Numbered from the stretch's first letter, positions 28,945-39,820 are shown. The stretch is DNA of 64,000 nucleotides from a bacterium BMS3Abin11 (GCA_002897635.1 BDTD01000006.1:6152-70151), one strand, 5' to 3'. The notes: a model not told the origin generated them from the sequence alone. A program made the numbers and translations.

Positions 28945-29549
28945 AGCTAAAGTACGATGCCACAGACTATACGCTCTGTGATACAAGCGAGGTGCTTACA
29001 CAACGGTACCCTCATCTCTCCTATGAAGAACACTGCGATAGGCGACTGGTTGCCTTGCATGAAGCCTCACATCTCATCACGGCAATGGTTCTACGTACTG
29101 GCTGGGCGGGCTGCCGTGTATTCGTTCGTGCCCCCCGTGTACCTACAGGCATGCACAATATCCGTCGTGGCGTTACCGGTTTAGTACACTGTGGTGCTGA
29201 CGGCTGGGAGGATGCCATAGTTTATTTTGCAGGGATCGCCTCGGCATTTATTACAGATGACCCGCTCAAGGTCGTTGCTGGGAGGAACGACGCCGCTAAC
29301 GGAATGGAAGAAAGTACACGCCAGAGTGAATATGACAGGGCTCAACGTAACGCTAGGAATAATCAAAGTAGTCCTCCCCCTAGTACATATACGCCTAGTA
29401 CTAAGGATTCTAAAAAACGCCAAAAGGCTGCTTCAAGAAGGGCTACTTTGTCAAAAAGCGGAGAGGATTTTAATAAAAGGTTTTCTTGCGAGGTAAAGTG
29501 TAAAGCAGACCCAAGCTGTGATGTATTAAAAGCTTGCTATGGTGGATAG
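28914..29549 (+). CDS. Hypothetical protein with HExxH motif (possible zinc metallopeptidase-like)
   Basis: LVALHEASHLITAMVL resembles the M41/ImmA-type HExxH helix. The tail is Ser/Pro/Lys-rich. An alternative GTG start at 28941 overlaps the previous stop as GTGA. Confidence 0.45.
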   Translation: MVFTGRRRLVKLKYDATDYTLCDTSEVLTQRYPHLSYEEHCDRRLVALHEASHLITAMVLRTGWAGCRVFVRAPRVPTGMHNIRRGVTGLVHCGADGWEDAIVYFAGIASAFITDDPLKVVAGRNDAANGMEESTRQSEYDRAQRNARNNQSSPPPSTYTPSTKDSKKRQKAASRRATLSKSGEDFNKRFSCEVKCKADPSCDVLKACYGG

Positions 29550-29596
29550 ACCAAGGCCACTAAAATAAAGGGTATCTTAAGCTTGTTGGAAGATTT

Positions 29597-30091
29597 TCAT
29601 TTCTGTCCCCTTTTGCTGATTTGCCGGTTAAAAGCCTCGGCAGATAACTTACGTAATGTAATGAATGCGCCTGTAATAAAACCACAAGCAGTATTGTTGT
29701 CCTGTTTCTCTATTTTAGTATAGTACTGATAAAAACTGTCAAAAACATTTTGTCCTTGGCGGGTTATGTCTTGCTTCATTCCTAATAAGGCTTTTGCGAC
29801 TTCATTGCGTTGCTGTTGTGGAAATGCTGGTTGAATTTCGAGCTCAACCACTTTTTCGTAACTTGGAATCTCCCTTTTTAGTGCATAGCCACAACGTGTG
29901 GACTTTAATACATGTAGCTGCTCAATGGCTCCAATATATCTTCCAGCAGCCTCAGCTAGATTAGATGGTTCAGTGGGGGTTGCAGGAAGAGGGTTTAATG
30001 CTCCGCCAGCTTGTGCAAAGGTACTCCCAGCAAATAGAAACATAGTGAGCACCAGGGTGAGCTTTAGATGGTGCATATGATGCGACCTCAA
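29597..30091 (-). CDS. Secreted hypothetical protein
   Basis: Signal peptide LKLTLVLTMFLFAGSTFAQAGG. No recognisable domain. Confidence 0.55.
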   Translation of the reverse strand: MRSHHMHHLKLTLVLTMFLFAGSTFAQAGGALNPLPATPTEPSNLAEAAGRYIGAIEQLHVLKSTRCGYALKREIPSYEKVVELEIQPAFPQQQRNEVAKALLGMKQDITRQGQNVFDSFYQYYTKIEKQDNNTACGFITGAFITLRKLSAEAFNRQISKRGQK

Positions 30092-30199
30092 CTTAGTAAT
30101 ACTGCAGGCGAAAAAGAAAAAAGCATATCAAATATTGGAAGCATTAAAAATTAGCCATCACAAATAGTACGCCCTGTACATCAGTGACACGAGCCAATT

Positions 30200-30628
30200 T
30201 TATGGGCACTCCCTCATTGCCCGAGTCTTACCAACATCAGCTGCTGTAGAGCAAGCATTCACACTGAACTTTCTTTCACATTCGGCCCGTTTTCTTTCAT
30301 CGTCTATTTCAAGTTCTCCACAGTATTTAGTTGCAAGTGTATTCCTGTAGAATTGTTGATTTTTACGTGCGGTAAGCAGGCAGTCTAAAAACTTTCTCTT
30401 CTCCTCCTCTGCGCATGCCGAGTAGTTCGTATACTCCGGATATGGACTAGTGTGAAGCGCTTTATTAATACAGCAACTTACTTCAAACCGTGTGTTTTCG
30501 AATTCATCTAGAGAATCATTCCACGGCCACGCCGCCGCCTGTGAGGTGCTGAGTAACAAAGCAACAACTACAAAAAATAATTTTCTCAATGTGAATCTCC
30601 GTAAAGAGAACAAAGACGATTCACACAT
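30200..30628 (-). CDS. Secreted Cys-rich hypothetical protein
   Basis: Signal-like LRKLFFVVVALLLSTSQAAAWPW. The mature part has 8 Cys. Start uncertain. Confidence 0.5.
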   Translation of the reverse strand: MCESSLFSLRRFTLRKLFFVVVALLLSTSQAAAWPWNDSLDEFENTRFEVSCCINKALHTSPYPEYTNYSACAEEEKRKFLDCLLTARKNQQFYRNTLATKYCGELEIDDERKRAECERKFSVNACSTAADVGKTRAMRECP

Positions 30629-30981
30629 GCTACAGGAAACACGATAGTGCTACCAAATTCGGATCCATTAGCAAAATGGGAATTTCTCTACACGGCATAC
30701 GTTACTACTATCACGCATGCATGGCGTTGGTCCCATACCCCCCTGTATTCTTTACCCTAGACAAACACATCAGGCTGACTCATAGAGCTGACTACTATCA
30801 CCGGTAGATGGTGACCAGGTACTCACTGCCCTATGCTCAGCACATGCTCTTTTACAATTCGGATTTTCAAACTCGGCACAGGGACGCGCCGGTTATTTTT
30901 TCTAAGGAGAGAATAGCGCCCTGCAAGATGGCGGTAACCATCAAGCAGGACTTCCACTTACTATCTGAAAGGAGATAGCAA

Positions 30982-31488
30982 ATGACAACTATCACACTAT
31001 ATGAACTCGGCGCGTACAACAACAGCCAGCTGATACCCCAGACCTTTAACCTTGACCTGATCGACAGCCAGCAGGACTGGCTGGAGGCGGTAGGTGAATG
31101 GTTACACGCACTGACCGAACAGACAGGCCAGCTCTGCGAAGAAAGTATTGTCTGTGATTATGATGGCCTCCCGGCAGGGTATGTCGGAGAGTTCGACATT
31201 AATCCTGAGTACTGGGCGTATAAGCAGGCCGTAGAGGCCAGCTATCTTGATGTAGAAGTTTTCGAGGCCGCTGCAGAGCTAGACATTGAACCGGATATGA
31301 CAGAAGAGCTATATCAAGGTGAGCATGGCAGTGACGAAGATTTTGCCTATCAGCTAGCTGACGACTTTGGCCTGGTGCCAATGAATAATGATTGGCCTAG
31401 TAGTTATATTGACTGGAGCGCTGCAGCTCGTGACCTGATGATGGACTATGGCGAAAGCGGCGGGCACTATTTCAGGACAAGTTACTAA
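30982..31488 (+). CDS. ardA: ArdA-type antirestriction protein
   Basis: Acidic 168-aa protein. It begins ITLYELGAYNNSQLIPQTF, has EESIVCDYDGLP in the middle, and ends YIDWSAAARDLMMDY...GHYFR. This parallels the conserved ArdA blocks (as in Tn916 Orf18). GGAG lies 7 nt upstream. Confidence 0.75.
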   Translation: MTTITLYELGAYNNSQLIPQTFNLDLIDSQQDWLEAVGEWLHALTEQTGQLCEESIVCDYDGLPAGYVGEFDINPEYWAYKQAVEASYLDVEVFEAAAELDIEPDMTEELYQGEHGSDEDFAYQLADDFGLVPMNNDWPSSYIDWSAAARDLMMDYGESGGHYFRTSY

Positions 31489-31627
31489 GCGGGGGTATTT
31501 TGCAGAGCGGTACCCCCGGCTTTGTGTCGGGAGGTGTTCGTTCTGGCGTTATGAGGCCCAGATCGTCTGCAGGTAAAAAATATTATGTTGCCTTATCTAA
31601 AGGCTGTGAAATGAAGTTTCTAAACAG

Positions 31628-31650
31628 AATTCCACCTGAAATTCCACCTA
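31628..31650. promoter_or_regulatory. Candidate integrase arm-type sites (AATTCCACC x2)
   Basis: Reads aattccacctgaaattccaccta, about 45 nt inside the tRNA-proximal att repeat. Confidence 0.45.
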
Positions 31651-31694
31651 TAGCGAAATAGTGTATACAGGTTTGGTAGATAACCTGTTGTTAT

Positions 31695-31774
<80 letters not shown>

Positions 31775-31794
31775 ACATATTCGATTTATAGAAG

Positions 31795-32817
31795 TTAATA
31801 AACTCGTTGAACTGAGAAATCTGCGAGTATCATCATGGCATCTTTATAAGCAGATTGAGGCAATGGCGAAAGGGCCTGTTTCGCCTTTTCTGCTTCAGCA
31901 GATGCGCGCTGCGAAGTGTACGCCAGAGAACCTGTTGATTCAATAATTGCGATGACCTCATCGATTTTTTCCAGCCCGCCGGAACGAATGGCTGCACTCA
32001 GTAAATCACGGTCTGATGAAGCGGCATACTGCATGGCATGAATTAACGGCAGGGTAGGTTTGCCTTCAGCAAGATCGTCGCCAACATTCTTACCCAGTGC
32101 CTCGGAGCTAGAACTGTAGTCCAACAGATCATCAACCAGTTGAAAGGCGACGCCGAGGTGCTGACCATAATTGGCCAGTGCCTGTTCAACTTCATCATTC
32201 TGATTAGCAATCACGCTTCCAACGCGGGCAGCGGCTTCAAACAGGATGGCTGTTTTGGCACGTATAACAGCATCGTAGCGTTGTTCGCTGATATCGGGGT
32301 CATTGATGTTCAGCAGCTGCATTACTTCGCCTTCAGCAATGTTATTGGTGGTATGCGAAAGGATATCCATGATGTGCATGTTGCTGACTTCTACCATCAT
32401 TTCAAATGCGCGGGAATAGAGAAAGTCACCGACCAGCACACTGGCATCATTGCCCCAGATATCATTCGCTGTAGCCTTTCCTCTGCGCATGTCTGAGCTA
32501 TCTACTACATCATCGTGGAGCAGAGTAGCGGTATGGATAAATTCAATCACGGCGGCCAGCAGGATGTGCTTGTCTTCCTGATAACCGCTTGCTAATGCGC
32601 TTAACAGTACAATCATCGGCCGTAGCCGTTTTCCACCACTATTAATGATGTAAGTACCCAGTTGATTAATCAAAACAACATCGGAGCTCAGGCGATGCAG
32701 AATCAGTTGATCAACAGCAGTGGACTCTGATTTTAGCAGGCTCTGAACTGCTTTAAAATCGTTGACTGACGCAGAATCTTGCGGGGTGCCGGGTTTTTTG
32801 TTGGCTATAGCGACCAT
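31795..32817 (-). CDS. ispB: Octaprenyl-diphosphate synthase
   Basis: Carries LLHDDVVDSSDMRRG and QLVDDLLDY (the two DDxxD motifs). It is divergent from rplU, as in many Proteobacteria. Confidence 0.9.
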   Translation of the reverse strand: MVAIANKKPGTPQDSASVNDFKAVQSLLKSESTAVDQLILHRLSSDVVLINQLGTYIINSGGKRLRPMIVLLSALASGYQEDKHILLAAVIEFIHTATLLHDDVVDSSDMRRGKATANDIWGNDASVLVGDFLYSRAFEMMVEVSNMHIMDILSHTTNNIAEGEVMQLLNINDPDISEQRYDAVIRAKTAILFEAAARVGSVIANQNDEVEQALANYGQHLGVAFQLVDDLLDYSSSSEALGKNVGDDLAEGKPTLPLIHAMQYAASSDRDLLSAAIRSGGLEKIDEVIAIIESTGSLAYTSQRASAEAEKAKQALSPLPQSAYKDAMMILADFSVQRVY

Positions 32818-33119
32818 GCTTTACAATTTTTTCTAAATTCCGATTATGTATTTATTTTTAAGGGCATGAATTTTTCGCCTAGGTGCTGATTATAAAGGTA
32901 GATGCAGCCAAGATAAATAAAACATCTGCTGAATTTGCCGTCAGAAAGTGAGAGATTCGCATAATTAGTGCTCTTGAAGCAGTTTTTCCATTGACTGGTG
33001 TTGCCCCAGGCGATAAAATCGCCGCCCTTTACCAGGGGGGGTAGTTTCACTTCTGGCATACGACAAACAGTGATACAGAATTCCATAAGTTTTTTTTGGG
33101 ATTATTGGGGATATAGACA

Positions 33120-33440
33120 ATGTACGCAGTAATTAAAACGGGTGGCAAGCAATACCGGGTAGCAGTAGGTGACGTACTACGCGTTGAGAGTCTTACAGCA
33201 GAGACTGGTTCCACCGTTGAACTCGATGATGTACTGATGGTTGCCGATGGTGCTAATATTCTAACAGGATCTGATGTGGCTGATGGTACTACCGTTTCTG
33301 CTTCAGTGCGTGGCCATGGTCGTGGTGATAAAATCCGCGTCTACAAATTTCACCGCAGGAAAAATTATCGTCGGACCCAGGGTCACAGACAGAATTTCAC
33401 CGAGCTGGAAATTATAGCCATCGGTGGCAAAGGCGCATAA
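33120..33440 (+). CDS. rplU: 50S ribosomal protein L21
   Basis: Begins [14 protein letters not shown] and carries [16 protein letters not shown]. Confidence 0.96.
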   Translation: MYAVIKTGGKQYRVAVGDVLRVESLTAETGSTVELDDVLMVADGANILTGSDVADGTTVSASVRGHGRGDKIRVYKFHRRKNYRRTQGHRQNFTELEIIAIGGKGA

Positions 33441-33476
33441 CACAACGCGTAAGCAGTAAAAAACAGGAATAACACA

Positions 33477-33734
33477 ATGGCACATAAAAAAGCAGGCGGT
33501 AGTTCACGTAACGGTCGCGATTCGGAGTCAAAACGACTGGGCGTTAAGCGTTATGCTGGTCAACAGATATTGTCTGGAAATATCCTCGTTCGGCAGCGCG
33601 GTACGAAATTCCACCCTGGCAAGAACGTTGGCAGAGGCAAGGATGACACACTTTTTGCAACATCAGATGGCGTCGTTCAGTTCTCTATAAAAGGTCCGCG
33701 TAGACGTAGAACGGTCAGTGTACTGGCTGGCTGA
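33477..33734 (+). CDS. rpmA: 50S ribosomal protein L27
   Basis: Begins [24 protein letters not shown] and carries [10 protein letters not shown]. Confidence 0.96.
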   Translation: MAHKKAGGSSRNGRDSESKRLGVKRYAGQQILSGNILVRQRGTKFHPGKNVGRGKDDTLFATSDGVVQFSIKGPRRRRTVSVLAG

Positions 33735-33760
33735 AGCATCGCCACAAGATTGATTCAGGG

Positions 33761-33794
33761 AAACCCTGCTTTGGCGACAAGGCGGGGTTTTTTC
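33761..33794 (+). terminator. Terminator or attenuator after rpmA
   Basis: AAACCCTGC pairs with GCGGGGTTT (one G-T pair) and runs into TTTTTT. Confidence 0.5.
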
Positions 33795-33826
33795 ATTTTC
33801 AGGGTGGTTATTAATTCTGGAGATAA

Positions 33827-34888
<1,062 letters not shown>

Positions 34889-34941
34889 TTAATGAGGTAC
34901 TCTTTACAGTAAGGCAGGGAAATTCATAACACAAACGCAAT

Positions 34942-36066
34942 ATGACAAAGCAAAATAAAAATAACGGCAACAAGCCTTGCTGGGTAATCAAGATTGGCAG
35001 CGCCCTGCTGACATCAGACGGTAGAGGTCTTGATGAGCAGGCAATAGCCGACTGGGTGAAGCAAATGGCCCAGTTGCAGAACCAGGGCATCCGTATCGTA
35101 CTGGTGTCTTCCGGTGCGGTTGCCGCAGGCATGCAGCGTCTTGGCTGGACGAAACGTCCACATGCCCTGTACCAGCAACAGGTTGCAGCAGCCATAGGCC
35201 AGATGGGTTTGATCCAGCTCTATGAATCGGCATTTCAACAGTATGGTCTGCATACCGCACAAATTTTGCTGACCCATGAAGACCTGTCAAATAGAAAGCG
35301 CTATCTCAATGCGCGGGGGACCCTGCGCGAAGTTCTTAAACTGAATGTTATTCCCGTTATCAACGAAAACGATACGGTAGCGACCGATGAGATTCGTTTC
35401 GGCGACAATGACAGCCTGGCAGCGATGGTCGCCAACCTCGTCGAGGCTGATCGTCTGGTCATACTGACTGACCAGGACGGTCTGTTTGATCGTGATCCGA
35501 GGAAGTTCTCTGACGCCACATTAATTCAGCAAGCAAAAGCGGATTCTAATGAGCTTGAAGGCTATGCCGGTGATAGCGGCAGCCTGGGGCGTGGTGGCAT
35601 GCTTACCAAGGTTCGCGCCGCCGGGCGGGCAGCCAGATCCGGTGCCAGTACCTATATTGTCAATGGGCACACAGAGAATATCCTGCTGCGACTGCATAAA
35701 GGTGAAACACATGGCACACTTTTAGTGCCGGCCGCAAGACGGATTGCAGCGCGAAAACAGTGGCTGGCGATACATATGCAGCCCTGCGGTGATCTGCTGT
35801 TGGACAGCGGTGCAGTAAAAGTATTGCGTGAATCAGGACGCAGTTTATTACCCGTTGGAGTTACCGCCGTAAATGGCAACTTTGCCCGCGGCGATATGGT
35901 GCGCTGCCTCGATCAGGATGGCAGGGAAGTCGCCCGTGGCCTGGTGAATTATTCTTCGCTGGAAGCGGAGAAAATTATTGGATATGCCAGTGACCGGATT
36001 GAATCGATTCTAGGTTATGTCGATGAAGCGGAGTTGATACACCGGGACAATATGGTGGTGTTCTGA
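34942..36066 (+). CDS. proB: Glutamate 5-kinase
   Basis: Carries [21 protein letters not shown] and [17 protein letters not shown], plus a C-terminal PUA domain. Confidence 0.94.
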   Translation: MTKQNKNNGNKPCWVIKIGSALLTSDGRGLDEQAIADWVKQMAQLQNQGIRIVLVSSGAVAAGMQRLGWTKRPHALYQQQVAAAIGQMGLIQLYESAFQQYGLHTAQILLTHEDLSNRKRYLNARGTLREVLKLNVIPVINENDTVATDEIRFGDNDSLAAMVANLVEADRLVILTDQDGLFDRDPRKFSDATLIQQAKADSNELEGYAGDSGSLGRGGMLTKVRAAGRAARSGASTYIVNGHTENILLRLHKGETHGTLLVPAARRIAARKQWLAIHMQPCGDLLLDSGAVKVLRESGRSLLPVGVTAVNGNFARGDMVRCLDQDGREVARGLVNYSSLEAEKIIGYASDRIESILGYVDEAELIHRDNMVVF

Positions 36067-36148
36067 TGTTGAGCCGGCACTCGGCTTTGGGACTCGCCTC
36101 TTAATCTGAGTATTTCGACTTTGTGTCTATTGGGGGGCAGGCTCATAG

Positions 36149-36163
36149 TCCAATCGAGTCTGA
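36149..36163. repeat. 15-nt direct repeat TCCAATCGAGTCTGA (copy 1)
   Basis: Identical 15-mer at 37639-37653. A related TCAATGAAGTCTGAC occurs at 41750-41764. Confidence 0.7.
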
Positions 36164-36349
36164 GCCCGAAGATCCTTCATCAGCCCGACTTTTTTCTTAC
36201 ATCTATAATTTTATGTGACAATGTCACTTAAAAGTCTGCCAGCTTCCGGTAAATTCCAGCGAGCAATAAAAATGGCCGTACCTTTTGTGGAGGATGTATC
36301 GATTCCACATACATAAAAACATATACAAAATATTGGCAGGAGAAGCCTG

Positions 36350-37504
36350 ATGAAATCGTTTTTTTCGAGAATCTTATTTACCCTGATAACTATGATGTTC
36401 CTTTCGCAGCCCACATTGGCGGATGACGATGATCTGGCAGTCAATGAAGTTGAGGGAAGCCTTTCTGTAATGGTGCTTGGTTCTGGTGGACCAATAGCAA
36501 CCGCAGAAGGACGTGCAAGTGCGGGTTATCTAATCTTTACCGATGGCAAACCACGAATTCTGATGGATGTCGGTGGGGGGACTTTTCAGCGTTTAGCTAA
36601 GAGTGGTACGAACATTAAGGACTTAGACATTATCCTGCTAAGCCATTTACATGCTGATCATACAGGTGATTTAACATCTGTGGTGAAGACCATGTACTTC
36701 CATAACAACCTGGCGCGAGCTCAGGCTGCAAAGCAGGGCATAATACTTCCTGGCCGCACTGCACCAATCAATATCTATGGCCCTGCATCATCAGCGATAC
36801 CAAGAGGTGCAGGTTCAAAAGGTGTCTATTATCCTAAACCTGATGGAAGTGATGGCCCATTAGTATATCCTGCAACCACAGACTATGTTCATGATCACTA
36901 TTCAATTCCAAAAGGTGGTGTAGAACGTTACCTAAAGGCTTTTGTCGCAGCGATCAGTGATGATGATGGCCCTCTGGGGCCTGGTGGGAGTGTAAGTAAC
37001 TTCGCCTATACGGCAAATGATTTGTCGTCGCGAGTACCAGGTGCTGAGATAGAAACTGTTCTTGACGAAGACGGTTTAGTTATCAAGGCGATAGCTGTTG
37101 ATCATGGCCCTGTACCAGCTGTTGCCTTCAGGGTGGAATACAAGGGGCACAGTATTGTTTATTCCGGTGATACTGGTACAAAAGGTATGGGACCAAATCA
37201 TTTAGGCCGGGGTAATATGGCTAAAATCTCGCAGAATGCAGATATCCTGATCTATGACACAGCAGTGATGGAGAGGGGAGATGCACCAGCAAACCCTCTC
37301 TTTCACATCTTACACACACAACCATCGCTGATTGCAGGTGTTGCGATAGAGGCGAATGTAAAGAAACTGGTCTTATCTCATTTGACACCAGTTACCAGTC
37401 CACGGCTGGATGCTGTGAAAGCTATCATCGAGGGGGCTGGTTTCAAAGGTAAAATAATAAGCGCAAAAGACCTTAAAGTTTATAATCTGGATGATGACGA
37501 CTAA
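36350..37504 (+). CDS. Secreted MBL-fold metallo-hydrolase
   Basis: Signal peptide MKSFFSRILFTLITMMFLSQPTLA. It has the HxHxDH motif LSHLHADHTGDL. Both the mature N-terminus and the C-terminus carry poly-Asp. Confidence 0.75.
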   Translation: MKSFFSRILFTLITMMFLSQPTLADDDDLAVNEVEGSLSVMVLGSGGPIATAEGRASAGYLIFTDGKPRILMDVGGGTFQRLAKSGTNIKDLDIILLSHLHADHTGDLTSVVKTMYFHNNLARAQAAKQGIILPGRTAPINIYGPASSAIPRGAGSKGVYYPKPDGSDGPLVYPATTDYVHDHYSIPKGGVERYLKAFVAAISDDDGPLGPGGSVSNFAYTANDLSSRVPGAEIETVLDEDGLVIKAIAVDHGPVPAVAFRVEYKGHSIVYSGDTGTKGMGPNHLGRGNMAKISQNADILIYDTAVMERGDAPANPLFHILHTQPSLIAGVAIEANVKKLVLSHLTPVTSPRLDAVKAIIEGAGFKGKIISAKDLKVYNLDDDD

Positions 37505-37566
37505 ACTCGCCGGATTATATGATGGAGATGCCCAGGTAGGACATACAGAGGAAGACGTGCCAATAG

Positions 37567-37640
37567 CACGTCTATGTGTATAATGTGCAGTAATTCAATT
37601 AATTGGTTTGACTATACCGTCATAGTTTTCAGGTACAATC
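37567..37640 (+). repeat. 74-nt repeat, copy 1 (upstream of the hemerythrin-like gene)
   Basis: 65 of 74 positions are identical to 39958-40031, in the same orientation. Confidence 0.8.
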
Positions 37641-37653
37641 CAATCGAGTCTGA
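37639..37653. repeat. 15-nt direct repeat TCCAATCGAGTCTGA (copy 2)
   Basis: Identical to 36149-36163. The pair brackets the MBL hydrolase gene. Confidence 0.7.
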
Positions 37654-37681
37654 CTCCACAGGTATACAGGTTTAAGGACAA

Positions 37682-38128
37682 ATGAAAATAGAGAAGGAGT
37701 TGTTAGTACTTGCTCGAGAGCACCATGTATCACTAGTTTTAGCGAATCGAGTAATAAATACAGTAAAGTCAAAAAATCAATCCGAGATTAACTCTTTATG
37801 TCTAAATATCAACAAATATTTTGCGAAATATTTTAAAGATCATTTTGAGACTGAAGAAACATTGATTCTTTATCCGCTGATGAATACTGATAAAAATAGT
37901 AAAGATATTTGTAAGCGTTTAATTAAAGAACATGATGATTTAATTTATCTATCATCTTCTTTGGCAGATAAACCTGAATTATTATTAGAGTTCGGCCAAT
38001 TGTTGAAGCTGCATACCAGAGCTGAGGATAGAGAAATATTCCCAAACATAAATGCATTATCAAAAAAACAATTGCAAGCTATAGCCGAATCAAGTGAAAA
38101 ACATGAGCGTATTGAAGAGTTCTTTTGA
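37682..38128 (+). CDS. Hemerythrin-like (HHE cation-binding) domain protein
   Basis: Spaced His/Glu helices: LAREHHVSL, FKDHFETEETLILYPL, LIKEHDDL and HTRAEDREIFP. Confidence 0.6.
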   Translation: MKIEKELLVLAREHHVSLVLANRVINTVKSKNQSEINSLCLNINKYFAKYFKDHFETEETLILYPLMNTDKNSKDICKRLIKEHDDLIYLSSSLADKPELLLEFGQLLKLHTRAEDREIFPNINALSKKQLQAIAESSEKHERIEEFF

Positions 38129-38491
38129 TGAATAAATCCATTTGTGAAACCAGAAGAGCTCAGATGGCCATATCTAGAACAGGGGGTCAGGTGTATTTTG
38201 CAACGTAAAATACACTTGCTGCCTTTTTCATTCCTGGTTTACCTCATACCACACAGAAACCATCGTAGTATTTCCGATTCCTGTCAAATTAAATAGTGAT
38301 GTTGAACAAGCTGAACTATCAGGGATTTTAGTTGTCGATTATCAAGTAAGGAGATGTCAAGGGACTTCTGATTACAAAAATGAAAGGGAGCAGTATATGA
38401 GAAATCGAAGGTGATATATGAGTAATGAATTTGATAAGAATTATATTTTCGATTTTTCTACAACATTTATTCTACAACCAAGAGGAATAGT

Positions 38492-39046
38492 ATGATGAAA
38501 ATAATATTGCCATTAACAATATTGCTAATATCTTTTTCTGCCCACGCCGCTGATAAAAGTATGATGAAAGCACCATTTGGAAATCCTGAGGATGTAACTT
38601 ATGCCAGTACACTTTGGAATAAAATGAATGAAAGTGGTTTAAACAGGATGCCAGCAACACTTTATGTTGGTGGACCACCGCATGGGAAAGTAAGAGAAGT
38701 ATTAGAGGGAAAAATAAATGGTAAACGAGTAATAGTGAAACGAAATTATGGCGGTAAGGGCGTTAGCGTTAAAACTGTTACGGACAATCGTTCTAAATAT
38801 TTAAAAGCCATAACTATTATGGCAAAACGAGAAGCAGGTTATGATTCAGATAACAATGACTGGTTCTGGGCTAAATATAAACCTAATGGTGAACTGTTTA
38901 CCAATCCCAAAGGTATGTTGTTAGCTGGGCGAGTAGCAAAGGGTATGAAGGTGGGTTGTATAGCATGTCATAAGTCGGCGTCTGGAAATGACCTGGTATT
39001 CATTCATAATAAAGAAGCCAATGCTGAGGTGACAATAGTAAAATAG
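38492..39046 (+). CDS. Cytochrome P460-like periplasmic haem protein
   Basis: Signal peptide MMKIILPLTILLISFSAHA. NNDWFWAKYKPNGEL...LAGRVAKG..VGCIACHKSA carries a single C-terminal CxxCH, as in the P460 family. Confidence 0.65.
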   Translation: MMKIILPLTILLISFSAHAADKSMMKAPFGNPEDVTYASTLWNKMNESGLNRMPATLYVGGPPHGKVREVLEGKINGKRVIVKRNYGGKGVSVKTVTDNRSKYLKAITIMAKREAGYDSDNNDWFWAKYKPNGELFTNPKGMLLAGRVAKGMKVGCIACHKSASGNDLVFIHNKEANAEVTIVK

Positions 39047-39222
39047 ATGAGAAGAACTATCTATTGACAGTAATAAAATGACCAACACTCACATCTAGCG
39101 GGTATCAAAAAAAGATGATCCTCGTTTCTCAACTTTTTGTTACCGCTGATGTGGTGTGTCAGGCCTGATATAGATAGATACATTTTTTTACATTATAAAA
39201 ATGCTTGACCCCGTTGCCATTA

Positions 39223-39633
39223 CTACTCGAGATGATATTTGCGCTTCTTACCATCAACTGAGTGGACAATGGCCTGTGTTGTAATCAGCTTGTCGCCTGC
39301 TGGAACCACCAAAAAATCAAGATCGTACTTGCGTCCCTTCGAATCCACGAAGTCGGCGCAACTCACAAAAAAGTCACCTTTTTTCACAATTCCGGGATGC
39401 AGTTTTTTGAGTGTGACCTTGAGAAGTACGTCTTCCACCGGATCATACAGGCGGAGTGTGCCGTCTATTGTTTGGCTCTTGATGAACGTATCCATGGTGG
39501 CCTGAATATCCGTGCGCAGATCCCCTTTGATGGAAGGATCATCCGCCGCGTATGCCACAGGGCCCGTTAGCAGGAGCAGTGCCAGCAGTCCCAGTGTAAT
39601 AATCTTTATCTTTTGCTCGATTTTCTTTTTCAT
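39223..39633 (-). CDS. Small secreted protein of unknown function
   Basis: The start was trimmed to MKKKIEQKIKIITLGLLALLLLTGPVAYA, with GGAG upstream. The longer ORF would read into the MITE. Confidence 0.6.
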   Translation of the reverse strand: MKKKIEQKIKIITLGLLALLLLTGPVAYAADDPSIKGDLRTDIQATMDTFIKSQTIDGTLRLYDPVEDVLLKVTLKKLHPGIVKKGDFFVSCADFVDSKGRKYDLDFLVVPAGDKLITTQAIVHSVDGKKRKYHLE

Positions 39634-39655
39634 AATCTTTTCTCCACTTAATGAC

Positions 39656-39820
39656 TTAAGGGCACCTCTATTAATTATAGATAGATCAGATTGCATGCAA
39701 AATCGTTCATATCAAGGCAAGGATCGCACGTAATAGCTAGCTATTGCGAAGATTCTTAACGCAGATATGGGCGATTTTGGATGTGAGATGAATATTCATA
39801 ATTAATAGAGGTGCCCTTAA
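39656..39820. mobile_element. MITE, intact copy with TTAA target duplication
   Basis: TTAA-GGGCACCTCTATTAAT...ATTAATAGAGGTGCCC-TTAA, that is 16-bp perfect terminal inverted repeats. The central near-palindrome is CGTAATAGCTAGCTATTGCG. Confidence 0.85.

Noticed and set aside
32844-33086. ORF 32844-33086 in the ispB / rplU divergent spacer.
   Set aside because: It has no ribosome-binding site or recognisable motif. The region is better explained as the divergent promoter region for ispB and the rplU-rpmA operon.
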